Assembly (NCBI GenBank): GCA_001643675.2
Contig: LSRY02000007.1
Span: 620,001 to 684,000 of the forward strand
Reading direction: 5' to 3'
DNA: 64,000 bases
Source: Monocercomonoides exilis PA203
Taxonomy: Eukaryota > Protista > Preaxostyla
The translations under genes and the position numbers were made by a program. Below are positions 14,121 through 26,351 of this stretch, piece after piece. The notes under the pieces are model-generated. The model had not been told where the DNA came from. It made no database searches and was given only the letters and a program-made list of their open reading frames with translations. Numbering within the stretch: the first letter of the stretch is position 1; every line of letters starts with the position of its first letter.

Positions 14121-17100
14121 ATGGGCTTGAAGAAATGTACGTGCTTTATTATATTCATTCCTTTGTGAAACATGATTTACAAAATTTAATGCACAAATTT
14201 TAATTATTAAAAGATACGAATATTCAATTTTTATGTTTTTCTGATGAATGCGTTTTGTACAAAGCATATACCGCAGGGGACAAGGAAACACGATTTTTGA
14301 AGCATTATTATTTGAAAAAAGCTTATTTCTTCAGAAATGCCCTTTTAAGCATGAAGCTTTCAGAGGTGAAACAAATGAGAAGCCCATTTATTTTAGATAT
14401 ATATGATTCATTTTTCGCAAATGACGATGAATTATACATTGCTATGGAATTTTGCAATGGACTCAGCCTTTGCAATGACGTCGAGCGTAGAAAAAAAGAA
14501 ATGCATTATTACTCCAATGAGGTGCGCTGTATGAAAATGTACACAAGAAGTCCATTTATCATTTAAACGTAAAACTTGTTTCATTAATTGCCATTTTTTT
14601 AGGAGTTGTGGACATTTATTGCAAATCTTTTGTTGGGGATATTGGAATATATCAAGGCCAATTTGAAGCATCGCAACATTCATATGAAGAACATTTTTCT
14701 CATGCCTGATGGTCGTATTAAACTTGGCATGCTGCATAACGATTATGCAACCTATTTTCTTCTTATTATTTTATTGTTAAATTGCAATTATTTCCTCGAT
14801 TAAATCCTTAGGCGAATTCAAAATCAAGAAATCAACTGAACCTTCATTTCCCAACACTTGCTTAATTTCATCATCAAATGCTGATTTGAATTCTCATTCA
14901 GCTTCTATTACAGCTTCTTCTTCTTCTTCTTCTTCTTCATTTCCTTTGTATTTATCTGGGCATTCATCTTCATCTTCCAGATCATTTTTATCACAAGCAA
15001 CAGATTTAAGGCAAATTGGGATGGTTCTGTTCGAACTGTGCACTCTTCATTCTTTAACGCCTGATGATTTCGACGAAATGGTAATGCTGAGCGCTGAGAC
15101 ATTTGTCGAGAAGAGTTTTCCCTCGTTTGTGGACAAGAACATTTCTCATGTCGTTACGCTGCTCTTAAACAACACAGCAGACAGTGAGGCAGAAATTTCG
15201 AAAATTTTGGACTTGTCTTTTGTGAAAGAAAAATTACCAACCGAAAGAGAACTAATAAGCGAAGACTGTGCTCAAGGGCAGCGCTCTGCTGAAGAGGAAG
15301 CAATTGCGAATGAAGAAACAGAGAAAAGAAAAGAAAAGAAAAACGATGGAAAAGAAGAGTTCGACGAACAAAATTATATAGAAAATATTTATGGCATTAA
15401 TGAAACACAAAACAGCATCGAAAATCTGTTGAATCAGAAGAATAAAGCAGAAATAGAAAATTTCCGGCTTCAGCAGCAATGCAAAGAGCTTCGAGAGAAA
15501 ATCGAAGAGCAGGCGGAGTGTATGAAAAACTTAGAGTTGGACAATGAGTTTCTTGAAAGAATTAGATATGATGGACAATACATGAATAGATCGGAAGGTG
15601 AAAAGCAGAATCTGCAAAGGAATAATGAAAAGGAAGATGACGAAGAAAATACTGATCTAGAAGATTTAAAGTTGTCAACTTCAAAACAAAAGGAGAAACA
15701 ATCATCATCATCATCATCTTCTTCTTCTTCTTCTTCTTCTTCTTCTTCTTCTTCATCTTCTTCTTCTTCTTCTCAATCATCACCTCAATCATCGCAATCA
15801 AAATCTTCTTCCAATTCTCGCTCTTTAAAAAATGTTTCGTCTTCTGCTCCACGAAAATTCTTGATACTTCTTTTTGGGGTCATTGGCATTATGATTTTCG
15901 CTCTTTTTGGATCTGCTACTCGGAATGCTCTTCCAGCATTATTCGCATCTCCTTTAAGATCTCACAATTCTTCCTCGTCCTTCTCTTCAATATCCTCAAA
16001 CACTTCAAATTCATCAACTTCCTCTATTTCGTCAAATTCTTTAGATTCTTCAAACTCTTTTATTGAAGCATTAAACAACAAAAAGACCAACGAATCTGAA
16101 GTTATTGCTGAAGATAGCAAAAAGAAAATAGATTTAGCTGATTTACCAAAAATTAAGTTTGCTGCAAAAGATTGCTTCGAAAAGATCGCGATTTTGAGTG
16201 AAAACAAGATCACATGCTTGTCTAATGAGAAAAACATTGTGGCATTTGTGGATGTTCCATTGAAGGAAGTGTGATTTGAGAGAAAAGAAATAGAATTTGA
16301 TGTATTTGATGTTGATGCAAAGAGGAATTATTTTAGTTTAATTTATATATTTTACACAATATTCATTTTCATTTTTTTTTTTAAAAAAATTTATTTATTT
16401 TATTTTTAATTAATTAATTATTTATTTTTTAATGTTCTGCATTTAAATTTATTTATTAATCTTTTGCTTGCGATGCAACCATTTCGCTTTGTTTCATTCA
16501 CATTGAAACTACGAACCATCAAAGGGTTATTGGAAATGGTATGAACTCAAACATTTTATTTGATTCAGCTTGAATTATAATTTGCAAAAATACATATGTG
16601 TTTATTTGCATTCGTTTTTATTTCCTTGATGATTATGAATGCATTTGTTTTTCATTGATGGATTTTCCGTCAGTTCCTTTCGCTTTGGCATGGAGTCACC
16701 TTCTGTTGTTGGAGCTGGACTTATTCGTAGAAAACGTCCGAGTGAAGGATGTGACAACGTGGGTGCCAATAGAAATTCGTTTAGTTATGATAATAGGTAT
16801 GCCTAATGCTGAACACTATTTCGTGCTTTTCATTATTGCTTTTGATGTTTGCTTGCGATGACTTTATTTTTCTCGATGATTTTGCGCTAATTTGTTCCTT
16901 ATTTTTGCATCATATGCCTTTTTTATGGCAAAAATTCGTTGTTGTTTTCTATTTTTAAAAAAATGTTTTTCTTTTTCTTTCTTTCTTTCTTTTTTTTTTT
17001 TCATTTTGTTTAAGTGGAAACATTGAACGTCACGAACGTCTTATAGGTGCAATGGAAAAGTGGGGCGCTGGTGATGAAATCTCAATTGAATTATATGTGC

Positions 17101-17419
17101 CTCAGAATTGGCAAACGGAAACATCAAAGGCATATTTTTATAAAAATGGAAATCTTCAGAAATTTTATCTGTGCAATATACCAAAGAACATTGCTTTTGC
17201 AGTTTGCATTATTGAAATGATTTTGATATTTATTCACAATTTTCTCATATTCTTTTATTTTTTTAAATATTTTTTATTTTTTGTATGCAAAAATATTTTT
17301 GCAATATAATATAGTTCCATCTTTTGGGGAACAATTCTTCTTGTTCTTTAGTATCGTTTAGCAAAATTTCAGGCTTCACGCATTCTAATAAACATTCGTT
17401 AGCAGCAGTTGGTTGGTAG
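14121..17419 (+). CDS. Multi-exon NEK-like pseudokinase with coiled coil, poly-Ser, hydrophobic segment and a C-terminal beta-rich (SPRY-like) domain
   Basis: Spliced reading MGLKK|YTNIQF...SPFILDIYDSF..ELYIAMEFCNG..NE|ELWTFIANLLLG..HRNIHMKNIFLMPDGRIKLG|EFK..TDLRQIGMVLFELCTL. Introns 14137-14213, 14522-14602, 14727-14811. Later exons include WGAGDEISIEL..YFYKNG..NIPKNIAFA; stop TAG 17417-17419. The 3' exon boundaries are approximate. Confidence 0.75.
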
Positions 17420-17870
17420 AATCGGAATAATAGATAGTTTTCGGAAAGAACGTTTTTTTACCTTTGTATAATGTTTTATTTTTATTTTTTATTTTTCAAA
17501 TTGTCTTTAAATTTTTTTTCAAACAGAATCTGATGGGAAAAAAGCTTGCAATGTGCAGTTTTTCATGAATTGCAAGCCAAAAATTGTCTAACTCAAAGAA
17601 ACAATAATTTAAAAGTTAGTTATCTTTTTTTTTTTGACAGTTTTTTGTCAACTGTTATTTTGCGATAACTATTCTCATAACTGGGTCGAAATTTATCACT
17701 TTATGAATTTTGTACCACACAGCAATCTCAAAGATTTTTCTCAACTTTTTTTTCTTTCAATATTTTATTTTGCACGAGAATGTGAAAATTGTAATTATGC
17801 AATTGCAGAAATTTTTTGGAACAAATCATTGATTTTTTCATTAATGAATGTGTTCTATTCCAACTCAAAG

Positions 17871-18074
17871 TGGTTGATCCTTTTTGAAATCATTCTTTCG
17901 TTCGAGTTTTGATCAAAATTATAATCTCAATGCAATTCGTATCAAAATTTGTTTCTGCAATAACATCATGAACAACATGTATTAACAGTTTAAGTTCATT
18001 TTTTCAAAATCCCATTGATATAAAAACTTTGATCAAAACTCGAACGAAAGTGTGATTTCAAAAAGGATCAGCCA
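17871..18074. mobile_element. Small MITE-like hairpin element (62-bp inverted arms, 80-bp spacer)
   Basis: 17871-17932 is the reverse complement of 18013-18074 with 7 mismatches. The same arm sequence flanks 38371-39211. Confidence 0.75.
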
Positions 18075-18079
18075 TATTG

Positions 18080-18710
18080 CCTATGAATCCGTTTTTCAAT
18101 TTTTAATATGCAGATTACCCTCCGACGAAGACTTGGGAAGTGTAATTGTGAATGAGCTGCATTTTGCGAGAGAGGCAGCAAGAGAGATTGAAGAGTTGTC
18201 CAAATGTATTGATTGGAGAAAAGAAGGAGAGGAAATAGGAAAAAAAAATTGAATGAAGCTATAATTATCAGGAAATGGCTTCAAAAAGTGAATTCATATT
18301 TTTTCTGTTGCAAACAATGGAATGGAGAATTTGTTGAACTTATCTTCAGCGTTGAAAGAGTTTTTCAAGCAGCAAAAGATAATTATGGTGAAATTAACAT
18401 ATGATGCATTGACTTTTTCAAATCAACAGTTCATTATAGTTTTGTGAAAGTTGATGAATTGCTAAAAAGCAGAGCTGTTGATACCATTTTGGAGGAGATT
18501 CATCGACAAACAATGGATAAAGAAATGATTAATCGAGACTTGTCATTTTTTCTGAATTTTTCAGAAAAATTGAAAAAAGAGAAGAAAGATAAAAGTGTCG
18601 AAGCGGAACTGAAAAAGGCGCATAGACAAATTTATGATAAGCTGGAAGAAGAAGGATACGAAAACATCATCTTTGATAAATATTTTTTGAAGACTGTTCT
18701 TATCTTTTGA
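18080..18710 (+). pseudogene. 3' fragment of an alpha-helical, charged hypothetical protein, disrupted
   Basis: Three consecutive ORFs (18052-18252, 18213-18404, 18444-18710) read as one helical protein with a frameshift in the A-run at ~18240 and a TGA at 18402-18404. The 5' end abuts the MITE. Confidence 0.6.
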
Positions 18711-18744
18711 GAATTCCCCCTGATTATTTCATTCATTTGTTGCA

Positions 18745-18795
18745 AAATAAAAAAATAAAAAAAATAAAATTAAAAATAAAATAAAATAAAAACAG
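18745..18795 (+). repeat. (AAAAT)n-type microsatellite
   Basis: aaaataaaaaaataaaaaaataaaattaaaaataaaataaaataaaa. Confidence 0.8.
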
Positions 18796-19024
18796 AATCA
18801 AAAGCAAAAATAACAAAATGAATGTTGATTCGAAATAAATTTTCTTTTTATCAAAATGTCAGCATATACTCAAATTGAAAGATATTGACATAAATCACTT
18901 TTGTCGAATTGGAGTTGTTAGTTTGGATAGAAAAACCATTAAAACAGTTTTTAATTCACAACTATTTATTATTGTTGGAATTTTGAAATTACGAAGTTAT
19001 TGTTTCATATAATCATACGATGCA

Positions 19025-19869
19025 ATGAGCACTGCACTTAATCAAAATGGAAAACTCATTGTTTCTGGTTTGACAATTTTTTTATAGAATTATTAAAGAA
19101 GTGAATTTATGAATTAGGCCGAACAAAATGGTGGATGCCTGTTATTTTATTCCCCTGTGCAATTGGATTAATGATTGCATTTGTAGTATTGTTCTCCGTT
19201 CAAAAGAGTTCAATGTCATTTGTTTGATATTTATTAAAAATTAACTAATTATCATCACTTTTAACAATTTTCAGATTCTGTTAGCTGTTTCTTTAATGTT
19301 TCTTCTGTTGAATGTATGCATTTTCAAAATTTATTTGTCTTTAACCTTTTATTTTTAAGTTTTATTACGCAAGCGATGCAAAAGAATATCGAATAACAGC
19401 CAATTGGTCAGAACAGACAATTGCCATCCAAAATTTTCCAAGCCCTTTTCAATACATTTTTTGCTGCTGTTGCTGCGAAAATCCTCGAAATATTGAATTT
19501 GATTTGAATAAAATTGCTTCTTTCGGAATAAGACGAAATTGCTCAAACAAAATTGGATTATTTTTTGAATTATCGAATTCATATGAGATATCTCTTCCTA
19601 TTTGTTTTTTGATCTCCGAAATAAGTCCTTTGAATAATCATTTGCAAAACATTCTTGTTCAGCAAAGGAGCATTTCACAGCCATTTCTTAATCAAAATGA
19701 ACCGGAAAGAGAGCTATATTCCTATCAACCCGAAACAACAATTGATAATTCTTTCAACGCTCCTTTAACAGTCACTTCAAACGAACAGCGTTTCATTACT
19801 CCTCCTAATTCCTTACCAAGTTCACAGATTTCTGAAGATGTTAGGCATTCTTCTATTGACATTTCATAG
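19025..19869 (+). CDS. Small multi-exon membrane protein with N-terminal hydrophobic segments and a Cys cluster
   Basis: Spliced reading MSTALNQNGKLIVS|GRTKWWMPVILFPCAIGLMIAFVV..|..LLAVSLMFLLLN|FYYASDAKEYRITANW..YIFCCCCCENP, running in frame into ORF 19504-19869. GT..AG introns near 19068-19117, 19191-19274 and 19314-19358. Confidence 0.6.
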
Positions 19870-20257
19870 TTAAAGATTGTTATCGCAAACAAATGAATGG
19901 ATCCTTGAAATAATGCTTTAAATATTGTTATATTATATTGATATTTGAAGATTTGAAAGTAATTTTTATTGTGTTAAGATTTCACACATTGTTTAAGAAT
20001 TAGCGTATTTTTTGTTAGAAATAAATTATTATTTGTTTGAGAATATTATTGAAATTTTTGTTTTAATGAGATTCATTATTCTTCAAGATTTTTTTCTGAT
20101 TGTCTTTTCTGAATAATTTGTAAATGATATTTTGCATTGTTTCATTCTTTAGATAAGGTTGACATTTTGAGATTTTCATAAAAAGTTTTTTTTTAGCTTT
20201 TGCTTCTTTTATTTTGAGATTCACATTCGTGAATTTAAATAGTATTTCTTTTTCTTT

Positions 20258-20295
20258 TTTTCCTTTCCTTTTCCTTTCCTTTCCTTTCCTTTCCT
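20258..20295 (+). repeat. (TTTCC)n microsatellite
   Basis: ttttcctttccttttcctttcctttcctttcctttcc. Confidence 0.8.
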
Positions 20296-20563
20296 TCTTT
20301 TTTTGTGTGTGCTTTATGATTTTAAAATCATCATTTCGAACATTTATTGAAAAAGAACATCAGAAAAATTTTCTTTTCAAATTTATCTCAAAGAATGCAC
20401 TCTTGAAAACGATTGAAACAGAAAAAATTTGAATTGTTAACTTAATTTTTACTATTATATTTATCATCTTGATTAACTGAAACAAATTACCCAAAACAAA
20501 ATAATTATTAGTCATTGGAGGAATATAAACTCAAAATATTGTCAAATTCTTCGTGTAGTTCAG

Positions 20564-22158
20564 ATGTCAACTCATCTTGAAGTTGACGGAGATTTTGGCA
20601 AATTATTTTTTTCGACCCCAACTGCGTTTTCATCTGTGGTAATCACTGATCCAGATTTACCACCACCATCAACAATGACAGTTGGGGAAGAGGAAGAGGA
20701 AGGAGTTCTTGACACTTCAAGCTACCATGTTGATAAGTTGAAAGTTTCTTCTTTTCCTTCTACACCACATAATACTCTTTCAACTGCTTCTTCGTCAATG
20801 ATTTCTCACTCAAAATCTCAACAAAAAGCACCTCCTAATGCTTTGCAACAAAAAGCTCAATCTTCTTCAATGTCACAATCAGCACATCTTCAAACTTCTC
20901 CGCAAGCAGACATTGTTCCTGCTGCGACAGGTGAACCTTTGGAGCAATCTCAAGATCAGTTTGCAATTAGAAAAAATTTGAAATTTCTTTTTTATTTCAA
21001 AATACAATTTTGAAACTTGCGCAAAAAAGATTATATTTAAAGCGAGGGGATATTATTGGCAGAGGATCGTTTGGTACAGTATATAAGTGCTTGGATTTAA
21101 AAACGGGTAAACTTTTAGCTGATAAAGAATATATTTTTGAAAGCAGTGGACTTGAACAACAGGTTTGCAAAATTAATATTAACATACTATACGTCAATTT
21201 GTTTTTCATTTGTTTTTCTTATTTTTTAAAACAATGTTAATTTTCAAAATTTTTATTCAACCTCTCAAATTCTTTCGAAACCTTTTTTTGCAATATTTTT
21301 CATCAATTTCAACTCCAATTCTAAATAATATCAAGATTGCGAATGCGGAACGAGAAATTTTAATTATGCAGCATCTTGTGCATCCAAACGTTGTTCAATA
21401 TATGGGGTGCCAGAGAAATGGAAACATTTTGGATGTTTTCCAAGAATTTGTTACTGGCGGCTCAATTGCTCGACTTTTATCAACTTTTGGTACATTTCCA
21501 GAGCCTCTGGTGCAAGTGTACACAAAGCAAATCACTGAAGGCTTGGCTTACTTGCACGACCACAAGATTGTACATCGTGATATCAAGTCGGCTAATTGTC
21601 TGGTGACTGGCGAGGGTGTTATAAAGCTTGCTGATTTTGGCTGTTCAAAGACGATTGAAACAGTCATGTCTTATGGACAAGGATGCGCAACGCTTTGCGG
21701 AACGCCATAGTTTGTTATTATTCTGAAAGAATAAAATTGAAAACTTATTGATTTTTGCATATATTTTTTTTTGAAAATGTTTTCATTTTGTTGTTTCAAT
21801 TCTTTTATCATCATCTGATGTCAGTTACATGGCGCCTGAAGTTATTCGCCAGCAGCGGAATGTTGGGAGGCGTAGTGACATTTGGTCTTTGGGCTGTACA
21901 GTTATTGAAATGTTGACAGGGAAGCCTCCTTATTCAGACATCAAGAATGCGACTGCGTGTATATTTAAGATTGCATCATCTTCAGAAACACCGCCTATTC
22001 CGAAGTTTGCGTCTCCGGAGTTGACTGATTTCCTGAAGAGATGCTTTGTCAGGGATCCAGTGAAGAGAGCAACTTCAAGGGAATTATTGAGGCATCCATT
22101 TTTGAGGAGAGAATATGATGAAGATTGGTACACTATGGAGAATGAAGAGGAAACATAA
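20564..22158 (+). CDS. STE11-family MAP kinase kinase kinase (NPK1/MEKK-like), 4 exons
   Basis: Motifs IGRGSFGTVY, ADK, HPNVVQYMG, QEFVTGGSI, HRDIKSANCL, KLADFGCSK, GTPYYMAPEVI, SDIWSLGCTVIEMLTGKPP. Introns 20959-21029, 21163-21335 and 21710-21824 restore the frame. Confidence 0.92.
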
Positions 22159-23800
22159 AAGATTTTTTTTTTTTTACAAATAATTTGATTATCTTTTTAT
22201 AAATAACCTTAAATGAGAGTAATTATTTTTGTTTCTACATTTTTGAGTTTTTTGTGAAATGAACTCACCCATCACGTTGCTGTTACTTTTTGCATACAGT
22301 TGCACGCACACATATTTATTTACACACAACACCTTCGTACCTTACAATCTTGTGTCATCTTTTAGAGACATAGCTTCCATTTGGTATTGTTTTATTTTCA
22401 AGCGCAATGTCTTATTTTATTTTTCGTTTCTTTTAACATTCAACTTCATTCAATTCATTGTGAATGAAAACATTGAAGTTAATGCTTCCTGTCGAGATTG
22501 AATAAATAAAAAAGCATTTCGTTCTTCTTTTCTTGTTTTTTTTTTTTTTTTTTTGAAATGAAGTGTCATTCATTTTCACTGATGTGAGAGAGAAAGGTGC
22601 GTGCGATTATGAAGTGGATTTGAATTTTACAATTATTTTGATTTTTCAAATTTGCTTCGAGTTTTGTTTTTATAGAGTTGAACAATGCTGTATGAAATCA
22701 CCAAAACAAAGCAGACTCCAACAATGCCTGTACAAACATAGCTAAAAAAATATTTTAAGTAAAAAATGCTCAAAAATATAAACTATGCAATTCATTCACA
22801 CGCGATGATTTGATCAATTTGTCTTGGTTCATTCGTAAGTTCATTGCAAATTTCAGTATTAAATAATCGAAGATCATCAACCGTTGGATTTCCAATTTTC
22901 GATTCTGTTACTTTTCTTTCAAAAACATTTTTGTAAAATGAGCAAAGTTCTGAGCTATTTTTTGGGTTTTTATTTCCTGCCACAAAAATTTTCAAGAAAA
23001 AGGAATATCATAAATAGCTTTAAACCTTCATATTGAAAATTCACGAGAGTTTGACAATCACCATCCAAATAATTTTTAATATTTTCAAAAGAGGAAAACG
23101 CGGGATTTTCTTTGTTCAGCTTATCTGATAAGTCTGTTCAAAATTTTCAAAAAGCAATGAAAAGCATTTACCAAGCAAAATAACTTTATAGAAACATAGT
23201 TGTATCTGGCTGCATTCCCAAAATATATTGACATACGCAGAACAAAGTTTTAGATGAATTGCAAGAAGAAAAAATAAACTCATGGATATAATAAGAAAAA
23301 TTGATGGTTGATCTGATCAAAGAAAGTGAGGTTTTTCAAAAATATTAAAGTTGAAGTTTTCATAACTTAAATGTTCGTCTTATGTAAATTGTAACATATT
23401 CTTTTCAATACTTACTCTCAATTTATATTAAGGACAAAAGATTAAAGCAAGTTAATATGTGATGAAATATGGAAGACAACCATGTAAGAAAGAAGAAAAA
23501 ATTAGGAAAATGATTTAGAAACATAAAAAAAACTGTTGAAAAAGATTTGAGAAGATTGCATGGAAGACGTGGAAGAAGAAAAGATTGGTTCAATTTAATA
23601 ATAAAAATTAATGTAGAAAAAAAAAGAAAGAACGATAAGGTTGCATTTATGAGGGATGAAGGAAAATCAACATTGAAAAACAGAAGCGATGAGATGAACA
23701 ACTGTGCGATTAAAAACGTTTACAGTTTTATTTACATTTTGCTTCATTTTATCATTAACAAAAGATCTTAAGCAAAACACTAAGATACAAGAGAAAAATC

Positions 23801-25628
23801 TTACAAGCCATCATCGTCATCATCATCAAAGAATCCTGAAGCTCTTGGTTTCTGTGCAGGCGCCGGCTCGCTCTTCTTTTTGAACATCGGAGCCTCGTCA
23901 TCGTCGTCATCATCGCTTCCGCTGCTTGAAAGGGAAGAAGAGGACGTAGATGCAGAAGTCGATGAGGAATATGAGGTCGACGATGTGTTGTCGCTGGCGA
24001 TGGAGGATGAATACGAGCCAGAAGACACATCAGAACTTCTTCCGTCGTCGTCATCGTCGTCGTCCTTGTACTTCGCAGCCTTTGCAGCTCCGGCGGTGGC
24101 TTTCCCACTCACAGCGCTGGTTCCGGCTGACACTTCTGTTTTCTCATCTTCATTGTCATCATCATCATCGTCATCGTCATCTAATGGAGTCTTTCCTTTC
24201 TTCTTTGAAGAAGAAGGCGATGATGAATAGCCCAACGAATCGTCATCTTCATCATCTTCATTTCTTTTTGCCGGGGCTTTCTTCTTCTTTGGTGCAGGTC
24301 TTTCTTCCTCCTCTTCCTCTTCATCGTCGTCATCATCTCTTCCTGATGTTGGCACTGAAAGAACTGATTTCCCGAATCTCTTGCCATCTCTGTCATGGCT
24401 AAACGCAGCAGAAGACGAATCCAGCGAGATAGCCGGCAGAAGCGAAGGATCCAGACGACGCATGTGCACTGTGATGTACAGGCACACTTCATCTGCCACA
24501 GAAATGTACGGAAAATCTCCTCCTTTCTTCAGCGGCACCAAAGTGGCAGTTGGGAAGAATGAGGCGCAAGTACCCTTCACACGCTCGTTGAGGGATGAGA
24601 AGTCATCTGTCTCCATAATTGTCAGTGTTTTTGAGTCAATCTTCTTTTTGTCGATGTATGCTTCAGTGCACATCAACGATAATGAAGAGAACAATTCCTC
24701 TTGTGTAAGACTCTCCATTTGCTTTTTGAAGAAATCCACAGATGCCAAATTCTTTGTTGCTGCAGCAGGTTGCGTCTGAAGACTCTGCGTCAGATAGTTT
24801 CTCAGCACAAATGCTGGTGCAAATTCAAATTTGACGGTTGGTTGCTGCAATGCGATATTTGCAGCATAAGAGTTTATTAAGATGGTCGAAATAACTCTTT
24901 TTTGATGAATACGTGTAAACAGCAACACCAAAAATCCTCCAAGGCCTGACCCAAGTAAATGAACCTGTTAAACCAAATTTATTTAAAAATGTCAAAAAAA
25001 AGAGTATGTTTTAGAATTGCAATTTGTAAAAAATTTAATACTTATTATTTTTTATAAATATTATTTGAAATCAAACCCTTTTCAATTTGATATGATCAAG
25101 AAATGCTGCAAATGATTCAATCCATTCATCATGATCAATTATAGGAGGATTTTGAACCTTAAATAAGCAAGTAATAAGATAAATAAAATTAAAATTATCA
25201 GAGAATTCAGATTTGGCTCTTCATGATAAGCAAATGATCACACTGCAATTATTCTTATTCCTCTTTCCGGAAGCTCATTCATTAATTTGAAATAACCTTC
25301 GGCTGTTCCAGCAGCTGGAGGCAACATAACAATTGGTGCTTTCGACTCATCACCGCAATCATAGAATTTCCATGTTTTTGGATTTGTAATTCCGACAGTT
25401 GCCTTAAAATTGACACGCAAAGCGTTTCATTTTTACATGTTGTTTGAAATGTTGAAATTTAAAGTTGGAAGAGTCAATGTCAAATAGAAATTCACATTTT
25501 TTTCATAAATAATTCAAGCATCCAAAACAAACCCTTTGAAGTGGAACATTTCCTCTAAATTTTGTAAATGCCTCGGTGTTGGCCAGCATATCTGGCGTTG
25601 GGGGTGCCTTTTTCTTAAACCAATTCAT
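23801..25628 (-). CDS. SPG21: Maspardin (alpha/beta-hydrolase fold) with a long acidic/Ser-rich C-terminal extension
   Basis: FRGNVPLQR, WKFYDCG, PIVMLPPAAGTA, VHLLGSGLGGFL, APAFVLR, MESLTQEELFSSLSLMC and LKKGGDFPYIS..EVCLYI..H match the maspardin signature (FRGTVPLKK, WSLYDAG, LPPVSGTA, VHLFGASLGGFL, LKTGGNFPYL). Four exons. Confidence 0.9.
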
Positions 25629-26351
25629 GACGATCAAATATGATCACTCTAACCCTATTTTAAAACAATAATGATCAAATCAAAAAATTTTTCACAGAAA
25701 ATTTGAATATTCATTAATGATATTTATTGTCAATAATAATGTGTCGAATTGAGTTTCATTAAATTTGTATGAAATAAAACAGAGCTGAAATGCAGTTGTG
25801 ACTCTCGAATTAAAAAAATTATAAACATTGTATTCATTAATGTAACATGAAGTTCAGCAAGAGATCAAATAAAACAAAAAGCATTTAAAATTTCAAAGTC
25901 AAGGCAGCAGGAATAAGACGAGAATGAGATGAATAAGCAGAGACTTGCTTGAGTTGAGTAGACGAGTAAAAAACTGTTGAAAATGTTTACAGGATTTCGA
26001 TTTCTATCCTTTGAAATGAATGATACAAGTAAGAAAACGATAAAGCTCAATTAATATCAAAAGCGCTGCTTCGAAACAAAAAGCTCGAAAAAAACACTGT
26101 CTCAGAAGAGAGATTCAGCTGAAGTGATTAAGAAAAATGTAGAAATTCTCTCGAAGAAAACAAAAATTTTTTTACAAAAAATAGACGAATTTGTATGTTT
26201 CTCTGTAAAGATTTGTTTTATTTTTTCAACAAACAAAAGAATATCCGAATTTTCTTCCTCCTTTTCGTGAGTAAGTGAGTGTGTGTGTATGTGAAGAACT
26301 CATAATACAACATTGGAGAACAACTTCCTCATTTGTAAACTGCAGACTTCC

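Noticed and set aside
22700-23720. Possible decayed gene between the MAP3K and maspardin
   Set aside because: Coding-like purine bias, but no recognisable motif or consistent reading frame.
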